A stretch of DNA of 64,000 bases from Takakia lepidozioides (GCA_030704615.1 CM060734.1:34038001-34102000), one strand, 5' to 3'. Numbered from the stretch's first letter, positions 38,471-52,874 are shown. A program made the numbers and translations. The notes: generated by a model from the letters alone, not told the origin.

Positions 38471-40142
38471 TTAGCAAAACCTTTGTGAGCGAGCACCCTT
38501 CTGTCGGTGAGAGTCTCGTGAAGAACTCCGTGTGCGAGCCCGAGTCCTGTCACTGGCTGATGGAGGCGATTGAGCACTACTTGGAAATGTCTGACCATCC
38601 TTTGGCTGATAATGAGGTAACCTCTCAGGCATAGGAGATCCCCGTCGTTTCTTCTCTGCCATCTGAAGTGCATAGTCCTCTGCCATGTCAAAAGAGTCCT
38701 CTGAAGAACCAGTAGTATCAGAATCCTCGTCCCCCCTTAGGTGTTTTAACGGCCGAACTTTAAGTGGCTTCTCGGGAATCCTGCGTGGCATACAATGTGG
38801 GCCCACCATGTCTGGAAGTTTAAACTGTACGACTTGCTGTAAGCGCTTGCAAGCAAAATTAGTGAACGCCCTGAACTCCTTACCCGTATAGGTGAGAGGT
38901 GTGCCAATGATTTTGGAACAGTGTAAGTATTTCCAGGCTTTATGTCCCTTAAAGAAAATATCATCAGGGCCGAATTTCTCTGTTGCCAAATTGTTCCAAG
39001 CCGAATTAAACCATGAACGAAGTTGGGAATCCTTCTGCATCATAACTTTTGCATCATACAGGTACATATGAGGTGACATTGAAGGTAAGACCCAATGATC
39101 CCCACTGGAATAACTCCGAAATCGTGATTGCATCTTCTGCTGCTCAATGTGATAACGTGCCATAAAACAAGCAACATAGTATAATCCACAGCCCATGACA
39201 ATATTAGATACCTCCTTGGTCTTGGTATAGATGCACCCATGTACAACCTGGAAGGCAATTAATTCCTTCAGCATGGTACCTGCCTCAGACCAGTACCTTG
39301 CAAAGTGATGATCAACAATGGGTCAATTGTTCGGAAGAACCTTAGTCTAAGTTGCCATTGGCAACCAAATGCGCATGATCTGGTAGTAATGTGCCAACGA
39401 CTGCGGAGGACTAAATTCCTTCCAAGCCAAATCCAGCACAATGGGAATTTGGTTGAAGGGCATAATCATAGCCCGACTGTACTCCCGTGCAGCATGAGTC
39501 CTAGGTGGGTTAAAAGCAACATCCCCCCATACCTCAGGCTGTGGTTTTGCTGTAGTAGCAATAGGGTCAACTACCTGCACAGGTACCTGCTATGGTATTG
39601 GTACCACTGGCCCTTCTACCACTGGCATCTCCTGCACCCCCTGCGAAGAAGACTGAAAAATTAGAGTCCTGGCATGCAAATAAATAGCCATCAGCTGCTC
39701 CTCAGGAACAAAGACTCTCTTGTCAATATTTGAACTCAGGTCATCCACTTGAGTCTGCAGGCCTTCCACATCCTCCTGTAGCTCCGCTATTCTACTATAG
39801 ACATTGTCTATAGTAGTTGTGGCAATGTTCTGCACCTGCAATCTGAGCTCATTCATCTCGCCCTGGGTGAGCTTCCTTGGTGTTTTGCATTCTACCGGCC
39901 CTTGTGCTAACCATACCTGCATAAGGTGGTTATCCACCAAGTCTTGTGTGGCACCCCTGATAGTCTACTCCTCCGTAAGTCTGTACACATCTAACTGATG
40001 CTGTAAAGCCTCCATGCGCTTCGCATGAGGTTCAACCATGTCCGCATAGGCAGTAGCCAGATTATTGGCTTCCTTCCAAGCCTTGTTAGCCACAGAGAGT
40101 TCATTTCTATTGACCATGACTGTTTGTTGCAACTCCAGGATG
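38471..40142 (-). pseudogene. Distal part of the extra 3' ORF (coiled coil plus unknown C-terminal domain)
   Basis: ORFs 39965..40147, 39590..39940, 39347..39580 and 38471..39274 share one frame and are separated only by stops. Confidence 0.7.
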
Positions 40143-40919
40143 TACACACAGCTTTACACAGCCCGTCACAGTCTATCACAGCCAGACACAGTCTGACACA
40201 GCCCGACACAGCTTTGCACAGCCAGTCACAGCCCGACACAGCTTTACACAGCTAGTCACAGCTCGGCACAGCTTAACACAGCCTGTCACAGTGTACATGG
40301 GGAACATTTATCATTAACAGGGAACGACTGTGTGGGAATGACATCTGCAGAGGGAACGTGTTACTTTAGGGGTGACGGTTAGTTAGTTAGGTGGTTAGAA
40401 CAGCTTGCGGGTAGATTAGGCAGGGCGGCAACAAGAAGAGGATCACTTCTTGAGGAGGGCGATTTGTTCAGGAGAGGAGGAGACGTAACAGAGAGCGGAA
40501 ACAGTGAAGAGGAGATGATGACTTGATTGAGGCTTAATTCATGCAAGCCGTAAAATTATACAGTAGGGTAGATGAGGGACACCATGGCATAGGCATGATA
40601 CATGATTAATCTTAATCCGATACTGAATTGATACAAATATACTATGTAGAGAGACATGAGAGAAGCTGTGGAATGAATGCATGATTAATTGGAACTTAGT
40701 AGATACTGAAGCAATCTGATGCTTCAGTATACACGGTAAGGTAAATTGATAACATGAAGGCAAGAAGGAATACAAATAGGAAGCACAACCATGATTCACT
40801 AGCTGTAGATCATGACTGATTGTTCTGAGCGGGCTGAGTGCTTAGAGATATCCAACTCTTCTATCTTGGAGTTTCCACCTCGGATAGCAAAGGGATGGGT
40901 GAGTAAAAGCCGCTCGACA

Positions 40920-42364
40920 TACTTCTTAAGCAGTGGCGCAAGGACGGACGGGTTGAGAGTACATTCTCTCTCACTCAATACTTGCAAGCCCCACAGGCTT
41001 ACACGCACTTACCCGTTCCATTCTGTGCCAACCATACTTTTATGCTCTACGCCTTGCAAGATTTCTTAGAGCTATTTCAAACAAGGCCATCTTGTTTGTC
41101 TGGAATGAAGAGAATTTGGGGAATGGAGGATGTCAGGGTAAAGAGCACCACGATTCTGCAGAAGCAGACAATTGCTACACCTCAAGCAGTGCAGCTGTGG
41201 AAGGAGTTGCGATTGGAGGGACTGCTACGCAAGGAATGGTCCTTGCATCATAGGGCGTTCATGATACAATTCATTCAGAACTTTGAACCTCAGACGGGAG
41301 TTACACAAGTGAGGGGAGTAGATATATAGATTACTCCCCAATACTTGCAGCAATTGTTTGAATTGCCATCAGGCCGTGTAAATGTGGATGAGCACAGGGC
41401 AAGATTGCAGATAGACGATTTGTTCCAAGAAAGGAGTTTCTTTAAGACTCAGGGATACACTTGCACCAAGGCTGAGTACCCAGGGTTAAAAGAAGTTGGT
41501 CAGGTTCTGAACGTTCTGTTTGCCATGAAACAGAACAACAATACCTTAGCAGAACATTCACGGAAGAGATACTGAAAGCCTTGAGGGGGGTAGATGTGGT
41601 TTGGGCGGACTTAATGTACAATGGTTTGGTGGAAGAGATGAAGCGGTTATAAGGCACTGCTGCTAAGTCTTCAATCATTGTGTCTGGTCCAGTGATTGCG
41701 CAAATTATTCTTGATTCTTGCATACTTGATGCGCAAGAACCTGCACAGCCACCTGTTGTAGAGGTTGTGATATGGCCACCGTTGTCCCTCCTACTATTGG
41801 CAACTCTTGCACCTCCTGTGATGAAGACTGGAAAATCAGAGTCCTGGCATGCAAATAAGTAGCCACCAGCTGCTCCTCAGGAACAAAGTCTCTTTTGTCA
41901 ATATTGGAACTCGGGTCATCCACTTGAGTTTGCAGACCTTCCACATCATCCTGTAACTCCGCAATCCTACTATAGACATTGTCTATAGTAGTTGTGGCAA
42001 TGTTTTGCACTTGCAATCTGAGATCATTCATCTCCCCCTGAGTGAGCTTTCGTGGTGCTTTCCCTTCCACCGGCCCTTGTGTTAACCATACTTGCATAAG
42101 ATGATTATCCACCAAGTCCTGTGTAGCACCCCGGAGAGCCTGCTCCTCCTTGAGTCTGTACACATCTAACTACTGCTATAAAGCCTCCATGCTCTTCGCA
42201 TGAGGTTCAACCAGGCCCGCATAGGCAGCAGCCAGATTATTGGCTTCCTTCCAAGCCTTGTTAGCCACAGAGAGTTAATTCTTGTGGCCCGTGAGTGATT
42301 GCTGCAACTGCAGGATGAACCTTTCATTCTCAGCCTCAACCTGACTGTACTGTTGGAAAGTATC
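40920..42364. mobile_element. Ty3/Gypsy copy C fragments (3' ORF on plus to ~41740, then distal ORF on minus)
   Basis: Homology to 36.4-37.2 kb (plus) and 39.6-40.1 kb (minus); both flanks are LTR termini of other copies. Confidence 0.85.
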
Positions 42365-43293
42365 TATTAGAGGGCTGTTTGGGACTTAGACGCTTTTACG
42401 GGTTCTAGGGGGTACCCTTAATTTTTGCATAGACTTACGGATGGTAGACTGAGACCAACAGAAGCCTTAGGGGTGACAGGCGCAGGCTTAGGGGGGGGTA
42501 GACAAGCCGACACAGTCTGACACAGCCCGACACAGCCTCACACAGCCAGTCACAGCCCGACACAGACTATCACAGCCCGACACAGCTTTGCACAGCCAGT
42601 CACAGCCCGACACAGCCTCACATAGCCAGTCATAGCTCGACACAGCTTGGCACAGCCCGTCACACCGTACATAGGGAACGGTTATCATTGACAGGGAATG
42701 ACTGTGTGGGAACGACATCTGCAGAGGGAACGTGTTACTTGAGGGGTGACAGTTAGTTAGTTAGGTGGTTAGAACAGCTTGCGGGTAGATTAGGCAGGGC
42801 GGCAACAGGAAGGGGATCACTTCTTGGAGAGCGCGACTTGGTCAGGGGAAGATGAGACAAAACGGAGAGCAGAAACACTGAAGAGGAGATGATGACTTGA
42901 TTGAGGCTTAATTCATGCAAGCTGTAGAATCATACAGTATGGTAGATTAGGGACATCATGGCATTGGCTTGATACCTGATAAATCATAATCTGATACTAA
43001 TTCGATACAAATACACTGTGTAGAGAGACATGAGTGAAGCTGTGGAATGAATGAATGATTGATTGGAACTTGATAGATACTGAAGCAATCTGATGATTCA
43101 GTATGCACAGTAAAGTAATTGGCTAACATGAAGGCAAGAAGAAATACAAATAGGAAGCACAACCATGATTCACTAGCTGTAGGTCATGACTGATTGTTCT
43201 GAGCGGGCTAAGTGTTTAGAGATATCCAACTTTTTTATCTTGGAGTTTCCGTCTCGGATAGCGAAGGGATGGGTGAGTAAAAGCCGCTCGACA
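42365..43293 (+). repeat. 5' LTR of copy D
   Basis: TATTAGAGGGCTG...CCGCTCGACA followed by TT and the PBS. Confidence 0.9.
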
Positions 43294-46200
43294 TTTGGCG
43301 ACCATACTGGGGAACTGGGTCATGAACAACCAGATGTGACAGGCATCTGGTGGGATCATGGTGGTTGGAGAATTAAAGAATTTGATGTGAATCAAATTCC
43401 CTGTGGAACTGAGAAGGAAAGATTGTCCAAACAATTCTTTCAGAGGTTCTTGGAATTGCCAGACGGTTGTAAAGAAAACATTCTTAAGAGAGTGCATGAT
43501 GCTGACCCTGAGTGGGGTCTGGAGAAAGGAGTGATAAAGATTCATCAAAATGGCCTGTAGAGGGAGAGCACGTTAGTTACCAACACTGGTTTATGTGATA
43601 GCATTGCTATTAGAGTTAGAAGGCTGGGAGGAAAGGAAAGTGAATGTTTACACTCATATGCATGAAGAGCTTGTACTGGTAAAGAATTGGATTCCTAAGG
43701 ATATTCAGTGGATCAAACTCACACCAAGAACGGCTTTTCAGACTTGTTTGCCATATGGTTATATGGTAACAGAGACTTCTAGTATAGCCAAAGGTGCATT
43801 GAAGCTTGAAAGAAATCCAGGCATATACGAGAGATACTACAGAAGAGAGTTTTGGTTATTGTCTCATTAAAGATATGAAAGACATGGGACATGAGTGATG
43901 AAAGAGAAGCTAGACTCCAGAGATATTCAGCAAAAAGAGAAATTTATCTGAAAGCTAATTATCCATATCTTTGGGAGAGAGGAATAGACATAGGGGAATC
44001 ATTTGGACCTCTCACACCATTAAAATCAAAGAGTACATCACCCATACCGAAAGAACTAGAGCTGGATGCTACTCCTTCTTATTCCTTACAAGAAAGATTA
44101 AGGGAATTGGTACAGGAAGAAGATCAACCACGAGGTGAAAGATCTGAGGTACATCCCTGGATTAAAGATTTGACAGAAATCTTTGATCAGAGTTGGCATG
44201 GAACACCAAAAGCAGGAACTCCAGTTTCTGAGGCATAAGGCCAGGAAGGAGAGGAGGATGTGGCAGAGCCAACGGAGAGTTCAGACTCTCCCACACCACT
44301 TCAGTTGAGTTACATGAGTGAAGAAGAAGAAACCCAAGGGTAGAACTTGGAAGATAAAAACAGAGAGAAAAAATTGGAAGATGAAGAGTATGAAGAAGTA
44401 GACCCAACAGTTAAGGTTGAGACTACAACCAGGACATCCCAACCTATTGGACCTGGATCAAGTGGAGCACTTGGATCACAGGCCAACAAAGGTGTCGGCT
44501 CAGGGGGATCAGGCGGGCAGCCTGGATCTGGCTCTGGGGGGGCAGGGAGTGTGGGAAGTAGTGCAACTGGAGCTGGGAATACTGTGAATATAGTGGGGCT
44601 AGTAGCAGGGAGTGCTCAGGGGCCAGCACTTGGTGGAAGTTCCACCACAACTACAACAGGTCCTCAAGGACCAGCACCAGCAGGGGGGCCAGCATCTGTC
44701 AGTGGGCAGGGGGTAGGGCCACAGATGGCGTTACAACCAACACGGACAAAACCACCTTTTCCAATATATACAGGAAAATGGGATCCTGATGTACACATCA
44801 GCCAATTTGAGCACATGTGTATTGTGAACAATGAGAATGGCGATGATGCCAAAATGAGATTGTTTCCTTGTTCACTTATAAAGAAAACAAGTGAATGGTA
44901 TGCAAGATTCCCTGATAATCATTTCCTAATCTGGAATGGCTTAAGTACATCATTCCGAAATAGGTTCAGGACAAGTAAAACTGAGGATGAAGTGTATGGA
45001 AGTTTACAATAGTTAAAGCAAAAGAAGCATGAAACTGTTGAAGAGTACATGGAAAAGATGGAATTGATGATGAAAAAGTTGGTTGCTGTACTAGCACCAG
45101 GATTACAGAAGACTTGGTTTTTGAGTGGACTAAGACCAGAGTTGCAAAAGAAAGTGGATATGCTACCCCATAATACGGTGGAGGAAGCATTTGAAACAAC
45201 TAACAGAATTGAGCAATTGGGAATGCTCAGGAGAGAGAAAAGGGATGATGAGGACTCTGAGGATGAGTCAGATGAGGAAGAAGAGCAAGAGCTCAAGAGG
45301 AAGAATAAGAAGAAAGAAAAGTTGAAGAGGGATAAATATGAGAAAAGATTAGAAGAAATCTTGAAGAAGTATGCCACAAAGGCTACAATACATTGGAGGA
45401 AGGGTGTTTGGTGTGCAAAATGCCAGAATGAAGGCCATACCACCACTGAATGCCACATGAAGGAGAAACACTGTATTATTTGTAAAATGGATAACCATTC
45501 TACTGAGAATTGTTATTACATTAGAAGGACAGCTGCAAGAGAACCTAGGCAAGTAAGGGTGCATCAGTGCAACCCTAGCCAAGAAGAAACAGTGATCATG
45601 ACCACTATAGTAAGCCTGGTGGTTATAACAATGGTAAGGAAGGGAGAGGTAATCCAAGAGGGAATTACCAAGAAAATCCCAGAGGCAACTATTAGGGTAG
45701 TCCAAGGGGGAATTACCAGCCAGGGAATCAGGATTATAGAAATAATCCCAGAGCTAAGGGCGAGGACCCAATGGTGAAGAACTGAGTTACTATTGTAATG
45801 AGGCAGGACATCGCAAGGCAGCCTGTTCATTCTGGATCAGACACCAGAATGAGATGAGAGCTCCTGTGAATGAGGGGCCAGTGGTGGCAGCTCACATGGT
45901 TAGGCCATGTGTTGTACCAGAAGTAAGTACAATGATAGTAACCAGAAGCAAAGCTAAATTTATACCTCCAGTAGATGAGGAAGATGATGATAATGAAGAT
46001 GGCAGTGATGTGCCTGAAGATGATGAGGCTTGGAGAGATGAGAAGGAACTGCACAGGGAAGTGGCTGATACCATAAGGGAAATGCAGAAGAGTACTGATA
46101 TCCCTATGGCAGATTCCTCTGATTCTGGAAGATAAGATGAAGGAAAGAAAGAAGCTGCATAAGTGCAGAGTAATGAAGGGACTTTGGCTGAAGTAATATG

Positions 46201-49200
46201 CCAGTCCAAAGTGGAGATTACGATTGGACAGTTATTGGCTGTGGCACCTTATTGTAGGCACAGGCTGTATCAAGCAATCAATCAGGTTGCCCATGAGACA
46301 GAGAACACAAGCATGAATAGCAAGGTGACCAGTTATAATGTGAAGCCGGAAGGGCGAGAAACAGTCATGGACTTTGATGATTCTATGCCAGTAATCCAAT
46401 TGAGAATTTGAAGCACAGATCTGACTGATGTACTGATAGATGGAGGCTCTGGAGTGAATATCATAACAGACCAATTAAGGCAGAAGCTTGGTCTAAGTAA
46501 CATGAAACCAGCCCCATTCACAGTAACAATGGCAGATCAAAGAAGTGTTCAGCCATTAGGTTTGATAAGAGGAGTTAAGATACAAATTCAAAAGATGATA
46601 TTTAAGATCACAGTGACTGTGTTGAAAATGGATGATGTCATGGAAGCTTACTCCTTATTGCTGGGTCGACCATGGCTGAAACAGGCCAGGGTATTCCATG
46701 ACTGGAATTCCCAGTTACTAACTGTGCATGATGGGAATCACAAGATACAAATCACCACAAAGAAATCTAGTAGACTACCTGCTACGAGAAGACCTCAAAG
46801 AGTTAGAGAGTATGACTGGAGAAGAGGACTTGATGAGGAACAGGAAGCTACCCTGTTCGCTGCACACCCAGAGTGGGAGCAGATTGCATAAATGCAACTG
46901 GAAGACCTAAGTTGTTTAAAAGGTATCTGCTATGGTGTAGTGACAGCAACACCAATTGAGGGTGAAACAAGCAGTTACCCACCACATTTCTATGAAGAAA
47001 GAGAGGGAGAAATGAAAATCCTAGAAGAACCAGCCACTGTGAGTTTGCAGGATGAAGTAGTGACTGGTTAGACAATCACAGCTGATGAGTAGGTGAGAGA
47101 AGTGAATGTGGGAACTGAGGAGGAACCAAGAATGGTGAAAGTAGGGGCTGACTTGGAGCCAGAATTCTTTGAGGAAGTTAAGAGTCTATTCATCAAATAC
47201 AGAGATGTATTTGCTTGGAGCTATGAGGATCTGAAAGGGATACCACCTGAGATCTGTCAGCATAAGATTGAACTGGAACCAGGGTCAGTACCAATCAAAC
47301 ATGCAAGGTACAGAATGAATCCCAACTATGCACAGAAGGTTGGGGAAGAGATCAAGAAACTGGCTGAGGCTAAGTTCATATACCCGATAGAGTATACAAC
47401 TTGGTTGTCACCCATTGTGATAGTTCCCAAGAAGAATGGTAAACTGAGAGTTTGTGTGAACTATCAGAAGTTGAATGCTTGTACAAAGAAACATCCCTTC
47501 CCTTTGCCATTCACAGAAGCGGTACTGGACATTGTGGCAAGCCATGAGATGTACTCATTCATGGATGGCTTCAGTGGGTATAACCAAGTGCAAGTGGCAG
47601 AAGAAGACCAGGGAAAGACAGCTTTCATCACCGACTGGGGTGCTTATGCATACAAAGTCATGTCTTTTGGACTTTGTAATGCACCAACAACTTTTTATAG
47701 AGTGATAAGTGAATCTTTCCATGAGTATCTGGATGATTTCATGCAGGTGTTCTTAGATGACTTCAGTGTGTACAGCTCTAAGAATGATCACTTGCATAAA
47801 TTAGAGTTATGTTTGGCCAGATGCAGGATGAGGGGTCTGGGCCTGAATCCAAAGAAGTGTACTTTCTGTGTGAACTCAGGGGTACTTTTGGGACACATTG
47901 TGTGTAAGAGGGGACTGCTTGTGGATCCCAGAAAGACAGAGGCGATTAAAGCCTCTCCACCACCAGGAAATGTTAAGAGTCTAAGGAGATTCCTTGGACA
48001 AACCAGTTATTATAGAAGATTTGTCAGACGGTATGCACAGATAGCAGCACCATTGAGCAAGCTTCTGAAGAAAGATGCAGTGTTTGCATTGACAGCTGAA
48101 TGTCAAAAGGCTTTTGAGGAACTTACATTGTCAGTAACAACTACACCTGTGCTGATTAACCCTCACTGGCATGTAGTATTTCATGTTCACTGTGATGCCT
48201 CACGAGAAGCATTGGGAGCAGTGTTAGCCCAAAATGTTACAGGAAACATAGATTCACCTGTGTACTATGCTAGCAGGTTGTTGAACAGTGCTAAAATGCA
48301 CTATAGCACAACTGAAAGAGAAGCATTGGCAATGATATATGCAGTCAAGAAATTCAGGCATTACCTATTGGGAATGAAGTTTATGTTTTATGTGGATCAT
48401 CAGGCTTTGATTTATCTGGTGAACAAGCCTTTGATAAGTGGCAGGATAGCAAGATGGTTAATAATCTTGCACGAGTTTGAGTTTGAAGTTGTTTACAAGC
48501 CTGGCTGTTTGCATCTTGTGGCAGATCACTTGTCACGCCTAGCAACAGGAGAGCCAACCACGGGAGTAGACGACCAACTACCTGATGTGAGTTTATTTGC
48601 AGTGGAGGTGCAGGGAAGTGCAGATGATTGGTTAGATTGGCAGTGGCCAATCAGATACTACCTTACTCATGGTCAGTGCCCACCTAGTTATGGGAAGGAG
48701 CAGAGGAAGAGAATCGCTATCAAAGCTTTACCTTACATTATGATAGGGGCCAGAATGTATAAGCTAGGACCTGATGGAGTTCTTAAATGATGCTTGTACC
48801 ACCATGAAGTAAATATAGTTTTGGAGGAAGTTCATAAAGGAGTGGCTGGAGGTCATTTTGGAGAAGAGACTACCAGTAGACAGATACTATTTGCAGGTTA
48901 CTGGTGGCCTACTTTGTTCAAGGATGTGCACAAATATTGCAAGAGTTGTGATGAGTGTCAGAGGCTAGGACCATTGCAGAGATCTGGGAAGATGGCTTTG
49001 CATCCTACGATGCCTACTGAACCATTTCTGAAATGGAGACTATACTTTGTTGGACCAATTAACCCACCAGCCAAGAATACACAGAACAAGTATATAATCA
49101 CAACCACTGATTATACTACAAAGTGGGTGGAAGCTAAAGCTCTGAGGGACAACACATCTAAGTCTACAGCAAGGTTCCTGTATGAGATCATACTTACAAG

Positions 49201-52114
49201 ATTTGGTTGTCCCCTGGAATTTATCAGTGACCAGGGAAGTCACTTCATTAATGAGACCATAGAACTATTGACTAAAGAGTTCATGATTGTGCATAGGAAG
49301 AGTACAACCTATTACCCACAGGGTAATGGGCAGGCAGAGGCCACCAACAAAATACTATGTATTATCTTGGCTAAGATAGTCAATGCAAACAGAATAGATT
49401 GGGATACAAAGCTTCTGACAGCTCTGTGGTCATACAGAACTTCATATAAAGTCACAACCAAGTATATACCATTCCAATTAGTTCATGGTATGAAAGCTTT
49501 ACTTCCAGTGGAGTTCTTGTTACCTACCATGAGAACTGAATGGGGAAGGAGAATGGAATTGGAGGATTCAATTAAAGTCAGGAAACATGAATTATATCAT
49601 GTGGAAGAAGTACGTGCTGATGCAGGAGATAACATGACCAGAATTCAGATGAAAATGAATGATCAATTTGATGAAGGTAAACTGAAAACTTTTAATACGG
49701 GTGATTTGGTTCTGTGGTTGCAGAAGAAGGGAAAAATTAAGGCTTCTAAGCTTAAGTCACCATGGAAAGGACCTTATGTCATACAGAAGATGTATGATAA
49801 CAACACAGTCATGTTATAAACCATTAACAAAGAGATGATGAGAAGAGTCAATGCCAATAAGTTGAAGGGATACAGTGGTATCCATGATAAACCATTGCAG
49901 CACGATTTGCACGTTGAAACACAAAAACAGTCACGGGCTGCGCCGGTGATACCAACGGAGTATGGAGCACTTGTCATTAAGCGAAGCGTGTATGGCCAGG
50001 GCAGGAAGTACAAGTGTCACACAGTTTATCACAGCCCACCACAGTGTCACACAGTCTATCACAGCTCGTCACAGTCTGACACAGCCCAACACAGCCCAAG
50101 CGGGTTACACAGTCCATAGGGTTAGTGACAGGTGGACGTGGGTTAACGTCAGAAAAGTGGCCGACAAGTGAAAGGACAGCTTGGAAGTCAAGCTCGGAGA
50201 ATGTGGGCCACTTGGGCGAAGAACACCGCAGAGCATATATTGCAAAAGTGGGTGTCATCATGCAAGAGGACAAACCGGGCCGTCAAAGTACCTACCCGGT
50301 ACATCAACCAAAACTAATTGTGGGCCCATTCAAGCGTTCAGGGCAGAGGTAACGGAACCCTTTACGAGTACAGAAAAGGGGGACTTTTGCCACATGTGCT
50401 GTCCTAATGGACATTCCAGGTGGGAATGTCCACTGAGGGGGGTAAAATTAAGAAGTTACCTAAGGAGGCAACAGCCAATCAGGAGTGAGAATTTCATGCA
50501 GGTGGTTCCTTCCAAGAAACAAGAACAAGAAATTGGAAGAGTTATGAGCGGAAGAGTCGGGGTGGCTCCAAATAGCCAGTGTCTCGACGGGAGAGGCAAT
50601 CAAAGCTATAGCTTTGTAGCTATGGCGGATATTACAAATTATATGCTCGCTTTACTTCTTACGCAGTGGCACAAGGACGGACGGGTTGAGAGTACATTCT
50701 CTCTCACTTGATACTTGCAAGCTCCGCAGGCTTACACGCACTTACCCGTTCCTTTTTGTGCCAACCATACTTTTATGCTCTACGCCATGCAAGCTTTCCT
50801 AGAGCTATTTCAAACAAGGCCTTCTTTTTGGTCTGGGATGAAGAGAGTAAGGGGAATGGAGGATATCAGGGTGAAGAGCACCAGGATTCTGCAGAAGCAA
50901 ACCATTGCTACACCACAGGCAGTGCAGCTGCTGAGGGAGTTGCGATTGGAAGGGTTGCTATGCAAGGACTGGTCCTTGCATCATCGGAAGTATATGATAC
51001 AATTCATTCAAAACTTTGACCTTCAGACAGGAGTTACACAAGTGCGGGGAGTAGATATAGAGATTACTCCCCAATACTTGCAGCAATTGTTTGAATTGCC
51101 ATCAGGCCGTGTAAATGTGGATGAGCACAGGGCAAGATTGTAGATAGGCAATTTGTTCCAAGAAGGGAGTTTCTTTAAGACTCAGGGATACACTTGCACC
51201 AAGGCCGAGTACCCAGGGTTAAAAGAAGTTGGTCAGGTTCTGAACATTCTGTTTGCCATGAAACAGAACCAACAATACCTTAGCAAATCATTCACGGAGG
51301 AGATACTAAAAGCCTTCAGGTGGGAAGATGTGGCTTGGGCGGACTTAATGTACAATGGTTTGGTGGAAGAGATGAAGCGGTTACACGGCACTGCTGCTAA
51401 GTCTCCAATCGTTGTGTCTGGCCTAGTGATTGTGCAAATTATTCTTGATTCTTGCATACTTGATGCGCGAGAACGTAAGGAGATGGAAGTGTTTGAGGCA
51501 GCAACCACTGCAATTGAGGAGCAGGGCTCTTCACATGGTGAAGGTGGACTGGAGGGGCAACACTAGTCTAAGAGACATAAGCGGAATATGACTGTAGTGG
51601 CAGATCCACTAGCTTCAAGGAAATCGCAAAATGATGTTTCCATAGCTCTTGTGCAGGATGGGGCACAACAGCACAGAGGGCTGTTATTGCTGGAAGCACG
51701 ACCTTTGGAGAGGGAAGAAGAAGTCACTTTGGTACCACAGCCATCACAGCCAGTTGAATCGGTTGTCTCAGAGGTTCCTCAGTTAGTACATGCTGTTGCA
51801 CCATAGCCTATTGCTCTGGAAGGAGAAGGGTTGGACATTCACACTACAGAGCAGGTTGTGGCAGAAATTGAGAAGGGTGACCTTCTCTATGAAAACTCTG
51901 GCTTGGTCAGGGAATCAGTGGTACCAAAGGTGTAGAGTCTGTCTAGGGAAATCCCTGCTGTGCATGTAATATTGGCGGAGGTACCAGGGGTAGAATGTAA
52001 GGGCACTGCAGCACCTGTGGAGGATGAGGTGGTTCAGGAAGAGGATCTGGTGGGAACATGGCCTGAATGGTTGGTGAAACATCACACTGTGGAGGATCAG
52101 GGAGAACAGCAACA
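42365..52114 (+). mobile_element. Ty3/Gypsy copy D, 3'-truncated
   Basis: 5' LTR 42365-43293 (TG mutated to TA), PBS, 5' ORF, gag from 43891, PR 46454.., RT-RH 47093..48790, IN 48794..49819, 3' ORF 50715-52110. Confidence 0.95.
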
Positions 52115-52874
52115 TGGAACTCATAAGCATGGCTTGTTGTGGGTCGTCATGGTGGTGTGGCACATTGTATGGTCATTCTCTGATGAACTGTCTCCAACTC
52201 TGTATGAAGCACCTTCACTTCTTGCAATTTGTCCTCATGCTGCACGTGCAATTGGTATAGCTGCTACTTATGTGCTTCATGCAATTTCCCCTGCTCCAGA
52301 CCCACTTCCATCAGATTCCCCTTTGCTAGCTGCAAGGTGGCCTTTGTGTCCTCCAACTCTTTCTGTAACTTGAGGTTGGCCTCCACATCTACCTTGTTTG
52401 CACACTCAGTGGCAATTCTAGCCTCAAACTCCTGCTTGAGTTCCTCCCTCAAAGCTGCCAATTGTGTAGATGGAACATGGGATTTCACATATGTGCCCAA
52501 CAAATTGAGTGTCCTGCTTATGGAACTCATAAGCATGGCCTGCTATGGATCTTCATGGTGAACTTGCTGCTGTTCTTCCTGATCCTCCACAGTGTGTTGT
52601 TTCACCAACCATTCAGGCCACGTTCCCACAAGATCTTCTTCCTGAACGACCTCATTCTCCACAGGCGCTGCAGTGCCCTTACATTCTACCTCTGGAACCT
52701 CCGCCAAAGGTTTGGGTATTACATGCACAGCAGGGATTTCCTTGGACAAACTCTGCACCTCTGGTACCACTGGTTCCCTAACCAAGCCAGAGTTTTCATA
52801 GAAAAGGTCACCCTTCTCAATTTCTGCTACGACCTGTTTTGTAGTGGGAATGTCCAACCCTTCTCCTTCCAGAG
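52115..52874 (-). mobile_element. Inverted fragments of the Gypsy 3' ORF, forming a fold-back with 51.8-52.1 kb
   Basis: ORFs 52543..52857 and 52264..52536 on minus match 51.8-52.1 and 37.9-38.1 kb on plus. Confidence 0.85.

Larger units (their letters stand above)
33267..40919 (+). mobile_element. Ty3/Gypsy copy B: 3' half (mid-RT to 3' LTR) with a ~2-kb internal inversion
   Basis: Begins mid-RT at the copy A insertion point; RH-IN 33715..35412; 3' ORF to 38130; inverted block ~38139-40142 holds the distal ORF, PPT and LTR start; LTR remainder 40144-40919 ends CTCGACA. Confidence 0.88.
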
